Assembly: GCA_002347815.1 (NCBI GenBank) | Contig: DDXV01000016.1 | Location: 3,909-67,908 of the forward strand | Length of the DNA: 64,000 nucleotides | Direction: 5' to 3' | Source of the DNA: Syntrophaceae bacterium UBA2251 | Lineage (GTDB): Bacteria > Desulfobacterota > Syntrophia > Syntrophales > UBA2251 | Shown: positions 27,353 through 35,730 of the stretch, in pieces | How positions within the stretch are numbered: the first letter of the stretch is position 1 | Layout of the letters: every line of letters begins with the position of its first letter | The notes under the pieces: model-generated | What the model was told of the DNA's origin: nothing | Database searches by the model: none | What the model saw: only the letters and a program-made list of their open reading frames with translations | Made by a program: the position numbers and the translations under genes

Positions 27353-28702
27353 ATGGGAAAACTGTTCGGAACGGATGGCGTGCGGGGGGTTGCCAATCAA
27401 TACCCCATGACCGCGGAAATGGCCCTGAACATCGGCCGGGCCACAGCCCTGCAGTTCAAGCGGGCGGGGCATGCCCCGAAAATCATCATCGGCAAGGACA
27501 CCCGGGTTTCCGGTTACATGATCGAGAATGCGCTCGTCTCCGGAATCTGTTCCATGGGGGTGGACGCCATCCTGGTCGGGGTGATCCCCACGCCGGGCAT
27601 CGCCTACCTGACCAACAGCATGCGCGCTGACGCCGGCATCGTCATCTCCGCCTCCCATAACCCGTTCCAGGACAACGGCATCAAGATCTTCTCCGGCGAG
27701 GGCTTCAAGCTCCCCGACGAGAAAGAGGCCGCGATCGAGGACATGATCTTCGCCAACAACATGGACAAGCTCCATCCGTCGCCCACCGAACTGGGAAAGG
27801 CATACCGGATGGACGATGCCCGGGGCCGCTACATCGTCTTTCTCAAGCACACCTTTCCGAAGGAGTACACCCTGGAGGGCATGAAGATCGTCCTCGACTG
27901 CGCCAACGGGGCCACCTATCGCGTCGCCCCGGAAACCTTCCTGGAACTGGGCGCCGAGGTCGTCACCCTGTTCGATCAGCCCAACGGGAGGAACATCAAC
28001 GTGGCCTGCGGCTCGCAGCACCCGGAAGGTTTGGCCCAGGAGGTTCTGCGACAGAAGGCCGACGTGGGGTTCGCCTTCGACGGCGACGGCGACCGCTGCA
28101 TCGCGGTTGACGAGACGGGCACGGTCCTGACCGGCGACCAGATCATCGCCCTGTGCGCGAACGTCATGAAAAAGGGGGGGACCCTGACGAACAACCTCGT
28201 CGTGCGGACCGTCATGAGCAATATCGGGCTGACCGTGGCTTTCGAAAAGCTCGGCATCGATTCGATCATGACCAAGGTGGGGGACCGTTACGTCCTGGAG
28301 GAGATGCAGGCCCGCGGATCCTCCATCGGCGGCGAGGACTCCGGACACATCATCTATCTCAAGGAGCACACCACCGGGGACGGAATCCTGACCGCGCTGC
28401 AGGTCGTGGCCGCGATGAAAAAGGAGGTCCGGCCCCTTTCCGAACTGGCCCGGGTCATGACCGTCTTTCCGCAGTCCCTGATCAACGTGGATACGAAGTC
28501 GCGTCCGGAGATCGCGACGATTCCGGAAATCATGACCGCCATCCGGGAGGTGGAGGCGGGCCTGGGAAGCCAGGGACGCGTGCTCGTCCGTTACTCCGGC
28601 ACGCAGAACATGTGCCGGGTCATGGTAGAGGGACCGACGCAGGAAGAAACGGACCGGGCCTGCCGAAAGATCGCCGACGCCGTGAAGGCCGCCATCGGAT
28701 AG
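27353..28702 (+). CDS. glmM: Phosphoglucosamine mutase
   Basis: MGKLFGTDGVRGVANQYPMT...GIVISASHNPFQDNGIKIF...FDGDGDRCIAVD...GGEDSGHIIY. AAGGAGGAAGGGT lies before the ATG. Confidence 0.95.
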   Translation: MGKLFGTDGVRGVANQYPMTAEMALNIGRATALQFKRAGHAPKIIIGKDTRVSGYMIENALVSGICSMGVDAILVGVIPTPGIAYLTNSMRADAGIVISASHNPFQDNGIKIFSGEGFKLPDEKEAAIEDMIFANNMDKLHPSPTELGKAYRMDDARGRYIVFLKHTFPKEYTLEGMKIVLDCANGATYRVAPETFLELGAEVVTLFDQPNGRNINVACGSQHPEGLAQEVLRQKADVGFAFDGDGDRCIAVDETGTVLTGDQIIALCANVMKKGGTLTNNLVVRTVMSNIGLTVAFEKLGIDSIMTKVGDRYVLEEMQARGSSIGGEDSGHIIYLKEHTTGDGILTALQVVAAMKKEVRPLSELARVMTVFPQSLINVDTKSRPEIATIPEIMTAIREVEAGLGSQGRVLVRYSGTQNMCRVMVEGPTQEETDRACRKIADAVKAAIG

Positions 28703-28810
28703 CCGATCCGAAACGGGACCGGGGCGCCGGCGGGACGCTCCCGGTCATCGTCCGGGGCGCACCGGGCGGGGGAAGCGGACATCCACATGAAGTGAGGGGG
28801 GAACTTTATC

Positions 28811-29839
28811 ATGCCATTCAGGGTCATCATCACCCGTGACTTCGACCAGATGAGCGAAGTGGCCGCCGCGATCGCCATTCAGCGGATCCGGGAGAGGCTG
28901 CGGGAGAAGGCCTCCTGCATCCTGGGGCTCGCCACGGGAAACAGTCCGACCGGCCTTTACAAGCATCTGGCCAAGGCCCTCAACGCCGGGGATATCGACG
29001 CCGCCAGGATCCGCAGTTTCAACCTCGACGAGTATATCGGCCTTCCGGGAGTAAACGCCCAGCAGCGGGCCCTTCATCCGGAGAGCTACAGCTTTTTCAT
29101 GATTCAGGAACTCTTCGGGCTTCTGCAAAAGAAGTTTGGCGCCACCCACGTCCCCTGGGGCACCCTGGTGGATCAGGAACGGCTGGCGGCGGAGCTGGCG
29201 GATCACCCCGAAGACTGGTCGGAACAGGGCGAGGACCGGGGCCGGGCCATCGTCATCCGCGCCGAGGCGCGCTCGGACTACCTGAAGTGGATCCGCCGGG
29301 AGATTCTCGATGCCTACCGCGAAACGATCGAGGCGGCCGGCGGCATCGATCTGCACGTCATCGGCGTGGGCGGCCGGGGCCACGTCGCCTTTCACGAGTC
29401 CGGCATCCCCTTCGAGGATAACGCCATGCTCCTCGTCCGTCTGGACGACAATACGGTGGCCAACGCCGTCGCCGACGGGCACTTCCACTCCCGTGAGGAA
29501 AGTCCCCGCTACGCCGTCTCCATGGGCGCGGAGCTCGTCTACCGCGCCGGAACCGTTCTCCTCCTGGCCAACGGGACGCGCAAGACGGCTCCCGTCGCCG
29601 AATCCCTCCTGAACGACCCGACGCCGCTCGTCCCCATCTCCTACGGGCAGAGCTACGCCCGTCGGGGGGGAGACCTGATTTACGTCCTCGACCGCGCCGC
29701 CGCCGCCCAGATCCTGGAGCAGCCGGAGCGTCTCCGCGAGCGGGGGATCCGGCTCGAAGATGTCAGCGAGGCCGGTGCGAAGGTCCGGGTTCGGGAATTG
29801 ACGTTTGCCCGCGATCCGGAGACGGGGCAGATGGGCTGA
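28811..29839 (+). CDS. Glucosamine-6-phosphate deaminase / 6-phosphogluconolactonase family (NagB-like) protein with an internal insertion, 342 aa
   Basis: ILGLATGNSPTGLYKHL...FNLDEYIGL...DLHVIGVGGRGHVAFHESG...LLLANGTRKTAPVAESL. An extra ~60 aa segment (VDQERLAAELADHPEDWSEQGEDRG...) is present. Confidence 0.75.
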   Translation: MPFRVIITRDFDQMSEVAAAIAIQRIRERLREKASCILGLATGNSPTGLYKHLAKALNAGDIDAARIRSFNLDEYIGLPGVNAQQRALHPESYSFFMIQELFGLLQKKFGATHVPWGTLVDQERLAAELADHPEDWSEQGEDRGRAIVIRAEARSDYLKWIRREILDAYRETIEAAGGIDLHVIGVGGRGHVAFHESGIPFEDNAMLLVRLDDNTVANAVADGHFHSREESPRYAVSMGAELVYRAGTVLLLANGTRKTAPVAESLLNDPTPLVPISYGQSYARRGGDLIYVLDRAAAAQILEQPERLRERGIRLEDVSEAGAKVRVRELTFARDPETGQMG

Positions 29840-29842
29840 AGC

Positions 29843-30793
29843 TCAGACGTGGTTCCGCAGCATCAGTTCCAGCGGATGGGGGTTCAGGTAAACCTGCCTT
29901 TTCAAGTAGGGCTCGTCATACCGCCGGACGTAATGACCCAGGAGCGTCAGGGGAACGACCAGGGGCACGAGCCCCCGGTGATACCGGTCGATGACGTCCC
30001 GGAGTTCCTCCTTTTCGTCCGCCGTCAATCGCTTCTTGAAGTATCCCGCCATATGATCGAGGACGTTCGTGTTCTTGCGCGTCGTCGCCGGCAGTTTCAG
30101 CCCCTCCATCATGCCCCGCAGATAGGCCTCGCGGAGCGCCCGCAGCGGACGGCGCTCCGGATTGGCGACCAGACGGCCCAGCAGGGTGACGTGTTTCGGG
30201 CTGTGGGAGAGAAGCAGGAGCTTGTGCTCGGCGTGAAACCGGACCAGGTCCGCCATCCGGGCCCCGTCCCGCCAGAGTTCCCGCCAGCGGTGGTAGACGA
30301 AGATCCGCTCCAGGAAGTTCTCCCGGAGGGAGGGGTCATGCAGGCGGCCGTCTTCCTCCACCGGCAGAAGCGGAAACCACTCCATCAGTGCCGCGGCGAA
30401 AACGCCCACGCCCCTCTTGACCGGTGAGCCCCCGGCGTCCGGATAGACCTTCACGGCCACCATGCCGGAACTCGGAGATTTTCCCTTGAAAACGAAGCCC
30501 CCGAGGCCCTCCCGCTCCAAGGCGGAGAGCCGCTCCCGGGCCCAGTGCCTCATGCCGTCCGTGTGATCGACGGCGGTGCGGATCGTGACCAGACGGGGAC
30601 GCTCCGGATCGCCGACGAGGCGCATGGCCTCACGGGGAACGCCGAGGCCGTACTCGACCTCCGGGCAGACCGGCACCCAGTCGAAGTACCGGGACAGGGT
30701 GTGCGTCAGGTAGCGATCCTCCTGGTGACCGCCGTCATACCGGACATGTTCCCCCAAAAGACAGGTGCTGATACCGATCCGGATCTTTTCCAA
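29843..30793 (-). CDS. YbgA-like protein (DUF523 N-terminal plus DUF1722 C-terminal domain)
   Basis: IRIGISTCLLGEHVRYDGGH...VPVCPEVEYGLGVPRE, followed by FHAEHKLLLLSHSPKHVTLLGRLVA. The start is a TTG. Confidence 0.8.
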   Translation of the reverse strand: MEKIRIGISTCLLGEHVRYDGGHQEDRYLTHTLSRYFDWVPVCPEVEYGLGVPREAMRLVGDPERPRLVTIRTAVDHTDGMRHWARERLSALEREGLGGFVFKGKSPSSGMVAVKVYPDAGGSPVKRGVGVFAAALMEWFPLLPVEEDGRLHDPSLRENFLERIFVYHRWRELWRDGARMADLVRFHAEHKLLLLSHSPKHVTLLGRLVANPERRPLRALREAYLRGMMEGLKLPATTRKNTNVLDHMAGYFKKRLTADEKEELRDVIDRYHRGLVPLVVPLTLLGHYVRRYDEPYLKRQVYLNPHPLELMLRNHV

Positions 30794-30801
30794 AGGCGTC
30801 T

Positions 30802-30957
30802 CTATCGCGAATCCGGCCGCTCCCCCGGCTCGGGGTCACGCTCTGCGAGCGTCCGCCGGCGCTGTTCCAGGGAGGCCTTGCGCTGTTCCTCCCGGCATGC
30901 CGCACAGCCGTCGTCGAAACCGCACTGGCCCTGACAAGGCTCATCTCTCAACGGCAT
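30802..30957 (-). CDS. Small Cys-rich ORF (51 aa), hypothetical
   Basis: It is below the ORF-track size cutoff. My translation is MPLRDEPCQGQCGFDDGCAACREEQRKASLEQRRRTLAERDPEPGERPDSR. It has four Cys arranged as CxxxC-x5-CxxC. It sits 15 nt after the FHA stop, and its stop is 8 nt before the RBS-less TTG start of the YbgA-like gene, which suggests translational coupling. Confidence 0.3.
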   Translation of the reverse strand: MPLRDEPCQGQCGFDDGCAACREEQRKASLEQRRRTLAERDPEPGERPDSR

Positions 30958-30972
30958 GGGCCCGCGTGAACC

Positions 30973-31671
30973 TCACGACTCCTTGAGATAGAACTGCATC
31001 TTGAGATCGCCGACCTCTACCAGATCTCCATCCTTGAGATCACAACGCTGGTCGACCTTCTTGCCGTTCACCTTCAGGTCCTTGCCGCCCGAAGGATTGA
31101 TGAAATACCCGTCCTTCCGGCGGTTCACGAGGGCGGCCACCTTCGGGGCGAAGAACCCCTTGAGCTTGATCAGGGCGCCGTCGTCCTTGCCGATCGTGCT
31201 GATCCGGTCCTTGAGGAGATAATCCTTCTTCTCCGTCGACCCCTCGACGATCAGAAACCCGCCAAGGACGTCCAGCTTTTCCGTCGACACCAGGATTTTC
31301 TTCTGTTCCGTGGGCGACAGCACCATCGTTTCGTCCATCGAATGGCCCCGGAGCGCCGGTTTCTTGACCTGGTCCTCTCCCGGCTTTTCGGAAAAGTACT
31401 CCAGGGTGTGGTTGCCGATCAGGATGACATCCCCGTTGTTCAGGATATATTTTGACACCTTTTTTCCATTGACGAAGGTCCCATTGAGGCTGTTGAGATC
31501 CTCGACACTGAAATCCTGTTCCTCTTTCACGATCCGGGCATGGGATCCGGAAACGGCCTGATTGTCGATCACGAGGTCATTCCCTTCTTTCCTGCCGATG
31601 GTCAGGATGTCCTGTGTCAATGGCATCTCCTTGATGACGGCATCCTTGAACTTGACCTGGATCTTCGCCAT
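30973..31671 (-). CDS. Protein with two FHA domains
   Basis: N-terminal LTIGRKEGNDLVIDNQAVSGSHARIV...NSLNGTFVNGKKV. C-terminal STIGKDDGALIKL...NPSGGKDLKVNGKKV. Confidence 0.85.
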   Translation of the reverse strand: MAKIQVKFKDAVIKEMPLTQDILTIGRKEGNDLVIDNQAVSGSHARIVKEEQDFSVEDLNSLNGTFVNGKKVSKYILNNGDVILIGNHTLEYFSEKPGEDQVKKPALRGHSMDETMVLSPTEQKKILVSTEKLDVLGGFLIVEGSTEKKDYLLKDRISTIGKDDGALIKLKGFFAPKVAALVNRRKDGYFINPSGGKDLKVNGKKVDQRCDLKDGDLVEVGDLKMQFYLKES

Positions 31672-31674
31672 ACT

Positions 31675-32490
31675 TCACCTCCTGCGGCCCCTGAAGAAAT
31701 TGATGAACGATGCAAGCCAACCGGTGTTGGCCAGATAAGCCACGACGACGGTGATGTTGTCCCGGCCGCCGTTCTCATTGGCGAGCTTCACCAGCGTCTG
31801 GCAGGCAAGCGCCGGATCGCGGGTGGAAAGGACAACCATCAAGATGTCGTCATCCGAAACCATGTTGCTGAGCCCGTCGGAACAGAGGACCAGGACGTCG
31901 TCGGCCAGGAGGGTCATCTCCTCCAGATCCACGTCGACCTCGGCTTCGGTCCCGAGGGCCCGGGTCAGGATGTTCTTGATTTCCGATCGATTCGCCTCCT
32001 CGCGGGTGATCAGGTCCCGCTTGACCTGTTCGGCCACCACGGAGTGATCGTCCGTCAGCTGCTCGATGTTCCCGTATCGGATGAGATACAGCCGGCTGTC
32101 CCCGACATGGGCAATGCTTAGCTTGTTTTTCCGGATCAGCGCGGCGACGACGGTCGTTCCCATGCCCCGCCACTGGGCGTTGCTCTCGGAGGCTTCGTAG
32201 ACGGCCATATTGGCCAGACGAACCGCCGAACCGAGCCGGTTGGTCAACTCGGAACGATCCTCGTCGTAGGCCCCGACCTGGAGGGGCGGCCCCGTGCCCG
32301 CGTCGGCGAAATAGCCCCGGATGAGATCCATGGACATCTTGCTCGCCACCTCGCCCGAGGCATGCCCGCCCATGCCGTCCGCCACCGCCAGCAACCCCTG
32401 TTCCGGCAGGAGGCAAAAGGCGTCCTCGTTGTTCGCCCGAACCCGCCCGACGTCCGTTTGCCCGGCGGCGTGCAGCTCAAATGCCTTCAT
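31675..32490 (-). CDS. PP2C-family Ser/Thr protein phosphatase
   Basis: GQTDVGRVRANNEDAF...AVADGMGGHASGEVAS...LLCSDGLSNMV...GGRDNITVVV. It overlaps the kinase stop by 4 nt. Confidence 0.92.
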   Translation of the reverse strand: MKAFELHAAGQTDVGRVRANNEDAFCLLPEQGLLAVADGMGGHASGEVASKMSMDLIRGYFADAGTGPPLQVGAYDEDRSELTNRLGSAVRLANMAVYEASESNAQWRGMGTTVVAALIRKNKLSIAHVGDSRLYLIRYGNIEQLTDDHSVVAEQVKRDLITREEANRSEIKNILTRALGTEAEVDVDLEEMTLLADDVLVLCSDGLSNMVSDDDILMVVLSTRDPALACQTLVKLANENGGRDNITVVVAYLANTGWLASFINFFRGRRR

Positions 32491-34964
32491 GAGACGACCT
32501 TCATCAGTTCCTGGAGGTCATCGACCAGCTCCTTCCCGCGCTGATAACGCTGCGATTTGTCCTTCGCGAGGAGCTTGCCGATGATCGTTTCGAACTGCTC
32601 CGGCAGATCCGGAACCATTTCTCGCACCGACGGCGGCGGCGTACTCGTGATGTTGAAAATGAGGGTGGCGATGCTGTCGCCGGCAAACGGCTTCTCTCCC
32701 GTCAGGAGCTCGAAGAACACGACCCCCAGGGAGAAGAGGTCGGAGGTGCCGTCCACCTTCTGGCCCGCAATCTGTTCCGGCGACATGTAGCTCGGCGTCC
32801 CCATGATGACGCCGGTTTGCGTCTTGGAACTCGCGATGACCCGCGCGATGCCGAAATCGGCCACCTTGATTTCCCCGTTGTTCAGGATCATGATGTTCGC
32901 CGGTTTGATGTCCCGATGCACGATTCCGCTCGCATGGGCGTAATCGAGCGCGCCGGCCACGGAGGAGACGATGCGGACGACTTCAGCCCGGGGCAGGAGC
33001 TGATCCTTCTGGCAGTTCTTGGCCAGATCCGCGCCGTCCAAGAGCTCCATGGCCATGTAGGCGATTTCGTAATCCTCGCCCACATCGTAGATGGTGACGA
33101 TGTTCGGGTGGGCCAGCTTGCCGGCGGCCTCCGCCTCCCGGAAAAACCGCGACTTGATGTCGGCGAGCTGTTCCTCGTCGAACTCCTCGTAGCGCAGGGT
33201 CTTGATGGCCACATCCCGGTTGATCTTGGGATCCTTTCCGAGATACACGGTCCCCATGGCCCCGCGACCGAGCTCCTTCAGGATCTCGTAACGGCCGAGG
33301 GTCGGCCGGGTCTGGGCATTTTCCACGATGACCGTGGAATCCTTCCGGGCGCCGCCCGCGCCGAAGATCACCGTCTCGCCCACGGCCTTGAGTTTCTTGA
33401 CCCGCTCTTCGATGTCCTTGAAGCTCCCGGCCGTTATCACATGTTCGTACACGGCCACGGCCTTGTTGAACATCCGCTTCCGCTCGAAATCCAGGCCGAG
33501 ATTGTAGAGCAGTTCCTTGACGGCCTCGTCCTCCACGGGGCATTTGCGGAACTTTTCGAAAGCCATGTCCAGCATGCCCTGCCCCTGGAAGGAGAGTCCG
33601 AGCATCTTGTTCGTCTCCACGCTGTCCGCCTCGATCCGCTCCTTCGATTGCTCCGTGAAGAGGTATCCCCGCGAGACGACGATCGTGTATCCCGCGAGCA
33701 GCAAGAGCGTCGGATAGAAGACCTTGAGCCAAACCCCCTCCGCCAGCATGAAATAGGCCGCCGTTACCAGCCAGGCCACGAGCAGGACGGACGAGATGAG
33801 GGCGCTGATTCCCGCCTTCAAATGGGGAATTCCCAGGGCCAGGAACAGACCGAACAGGATCAGAACGCCGATCTCCAGCGGTGTGGCCCAACCGGGACGG
33901 ACGATATGGTCGTTGTTCAGGATGTTGCTGATGGCGTTCGCGGTAATGAGCACGGAGGGCATGGCCGTGCCGATGGGCGTCACCTGCATCGTCCCCAGAC
34001 CCGTCGCCGTCGGGGCGATGATGACGATCTTGTTGCGGAACGATTCGGGCGACACCCGGTTGTTGAGGACCTCGACGAAGGGATAGGCCTCATAGCTGCC
34101 GCTGTAGCTGATGAGCATCCGGCTCTGTTCGTGGACCGGGATGCGGATCCTGCGAAACGTGAGCGCTTCGCCGATCACCAGATCTTTCAGATCGTACCCG
34201 AGGTACTTGAGGGACAGCTGGAGGCTCAGAGAAGGGAAGACCCGGCCGCCGTAGTCGATCAGGAGACAGTCGTTTCGCACGGCGCCGTCGCTGTCGGCGG
34301 CGAGGTTGATGTGTCCCAGGGCCAGGGCCGGGGTTGAAAATTCGGGAACGGGCGGGATGAGTTCCCGGGCCGTCACCAGGTCGGGCGCGCTGGCAAAAGA
34401 AACGGAGTTGCGCGCGAGCACCCCGGACATGCTGGCGCTGTCCATCAGGACGGGACCTCCGAGAACGAAGAAGAAGGGCAGAACGACCCGCTGGGAAGCC
34501 CCGATCGCCGTGCTCAGGGCCGCGTCATGGTCCAGGTTTTTCTCGGCCGTCTTCAGCGTGGCGTAGATTCCCGCGACCGATGCATTGTTCTGCAGCCCCG
34601 GCTTCGCCTCGATGGACGCGGTGACATCCCGGATGGCCTGCAATCCCTGGTTCGTGTCCTTTTCCGAGTACAGGATATTGAGGCCGATGACCTTGGCGCC
34701 GTATCCCTGGAGAAGGTCGATCATCCGGGCGATATGGCTCCGCGGCCACGGCCAGCGGCCCAGGGCGTTGATGCTGCTGTCGTCGATGGCGACGACGACC
34801 ACCGGCGAGGTGGTCGGCCCCTCCCGCAGGTTGATCCCCAGATCGTAGAATTTGTATTCCAGAAACTCCACCGGCGACCAGCGGAGGGCATAGACACCGA
34901 CAATCAGCAGCGTGAGGATAACACCGATGAACACATCGGTCCGGAAGACCTTCGTTTTTTTCAT
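32487..34964 (-). CDS. CHASE2 sensor domain / transmembrane / Ser-Thr protein kinase (825 aa)
   Basis: The N-terminus VVVVAIDDSSINALGRWPWPRSHIARMIDLL indicates CHASE2. A cluster of TM helices lies around aa 340-420. The C-terminus YEILKELGRGAMGTVYLG...AIKTL...GIVHRDIKPANIM...DFGIA...GTPSYMSPEQ is a kinase domain. Confidence 0.9.
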   Translation of the reverse strand: MKKTKVFRTDVFIGVILTLLIVGVYALRWSPVEFLEYKFYDLGINLREGPTTSPVVVVAIDDSSINALGRWPWPRSHIARMIDLLQGYGAKVIGLNILYSEKDTNQGLQAIRDVTASIEAKPGLQNNASVAGIYATLKTAEKNLDHDAALSTAIGASQRVVLPFFFVLGGPVLMDSASMSGVLARNSVSFASAPDLVTARELIPPVPEFSTPALALGHINLAADSDGAVRNDCLLIDYGGRVFPSLSLQLSLKYLGYDLKDLVIGEALTFRRIRIPVHEQSRMLISYSGSYEAYPFVEVLNNRVSPESFRNKIVIIAPTATGLGTMQVTPIGTAMPSVLITANAISNILNNDHIVRPGWATPLEIGVLILFGLFLALGIPHLKAGISALISSVLLVAWLVTAAYFMLAEGVWLKVFYPTLLLLAGYTIVVSRGYLFTEQSKERIEADSVETNKMLGLSFQGQGMLDMAFEKFRKCPVEDEAVKELLYNLGLDFERKRMFNKAVAVYEHVITAGSFKDIEERVKKLKAVGETVIFGAGGARKDSTVIVENAQTRPTLGRYEILKELGRGAMGTVYLGKDPKINRDVAIKTLRYEEFDEEQLADIKSRFFREAEAAGKLAHPNIVTIYDVGEDYEIAYMAMELLDGADLAKNCQKDQLLPRAEVVRIVSSVAGALDYAHASGIVHRDIKPANIMILNNGEIKVADFGIARVIASSKTQTGVIMGTPSYMSPEQIAGQKVDGTSDLFSLGVVFFELLTGEKPFAGDSIATLIFNITSTPPPSVREMVPDLPEQFETIIGKLLAKDKSQRYQRGKELVDDLQELMKVVS

Positions 34965-35209
34965 CGCGTTTTTACCTGGTTTTCATTCAATGGCCCCCGA
35001 ACTCGAGAACCGTGCAGGCGGGTGCTCCCCTCCCTCGCCCCCCCGGGCGGCCCCGGTACCCATGGCCCGGAAACGCGCCGCCCGACCGGACGGCGACCGG
35101 AAGTGCTCCCGTCCGACGTCCGATGGCTGTCACGCTAAATAAAATCCTTTTTCTTGTCAACAATTTTCATTCATTTTCGTTCATTTTGGGAATCGGCCCT
35201 TCGAACCGC

Positions 35210-35677
35210 TCAGCCCGCCCTCAAGGCCGCCAAGGCCTTCGGGACCGTATTCTCCGGACTCACTTTGTACCAGGCCGCCAGGATCCGTCCCCCGGCATCG
35301 ATCAGGAAGGCGGACCGGACGATCCCGAAATATTTCCTCCCGTAGAGGGATTTCTCCTGCCAGACGCCATAGGCTTCAGCCACGACGTGATCCGGGTCGG
35401 ACAGGAGGGGGAAATTCAGCTTCAGCCTGTCGCTGAACGTCTTCTGCGCCGCGACGGAATCGGGACTGATCCCCACGGCGTCGGCTCCCAGGGCGTCGAG
35501 TTTGGCCCGTGCGTCCCGCACGGCCTCGGTCTGCTTCGTTCACCCGGAGGTCCCGGCCTTCGGATAGAAATAGACGAGAAGCTTCCGTCCCTTGAAGTCC
35601 GACCGCTTCACCCATGCGCCCGCCGGATCCCTGAGGGAAAAGGCCGGGGCCGCATCACCGACGTTGAGCTTCGCCAT
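35210..35677 (-). CDS. bcp: Bcp-type peroxiredoxin with in-frame UGA (predicted selenocysteine) at the peroxidatic position, 155 aa
   Basis: AGGAGG lies 6 nt before the ATG at 35677. The reading is [48 protein letters not shown](35540-35542)-TKQTEAVRDARAKLDALGADAVGISPDSVAAQKTFSDRLKLNFPLLSDPDHVVAEAYGVW...LIDAGGRILAAWYKV. The frame is continuous, and the UGA aligns with Cys of the YFYPKxxTxGC motif. Confidence 0.75.
35504..35525 (-). promoter_or_regulatory. SECIS-like stem-loop 14 nt downstream of the UGA
   Basis: The mRNA reads GGCCGUGCG-GGA-CGCAC(G)GGCC: a 9-bp GC-rich stem with one bulged G and a G-containing apical loop, about 24 nt from the UGA. Confidence 0.6.
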
Positions 35678-35730
35678 CGTCCGCCTCCTGGGGTCCGCCG
35701 GCGTTGCGCCCGGCGGGATTGGGGGAATGC

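Noticed and set aside
30735-30944. A 69-aa track ORF in the FHA/YbgA intergenic region.
   Set aside because: It overlaps the YbgA-like start and has no RBS or motif. The alternative-frame 51-aa Cys-rich ORF fits the gene spacing better, although that ORF is itself low confidence.
35376-35615. A 79-aa minus-strand ORF overlapping the peroxiredoxin N-terminus.
   Set aside because: It is in a different frame from the conserved Bcp sequence, is Arg/Gly-rich and has no RBS. The UGA-containing frame explains the region.
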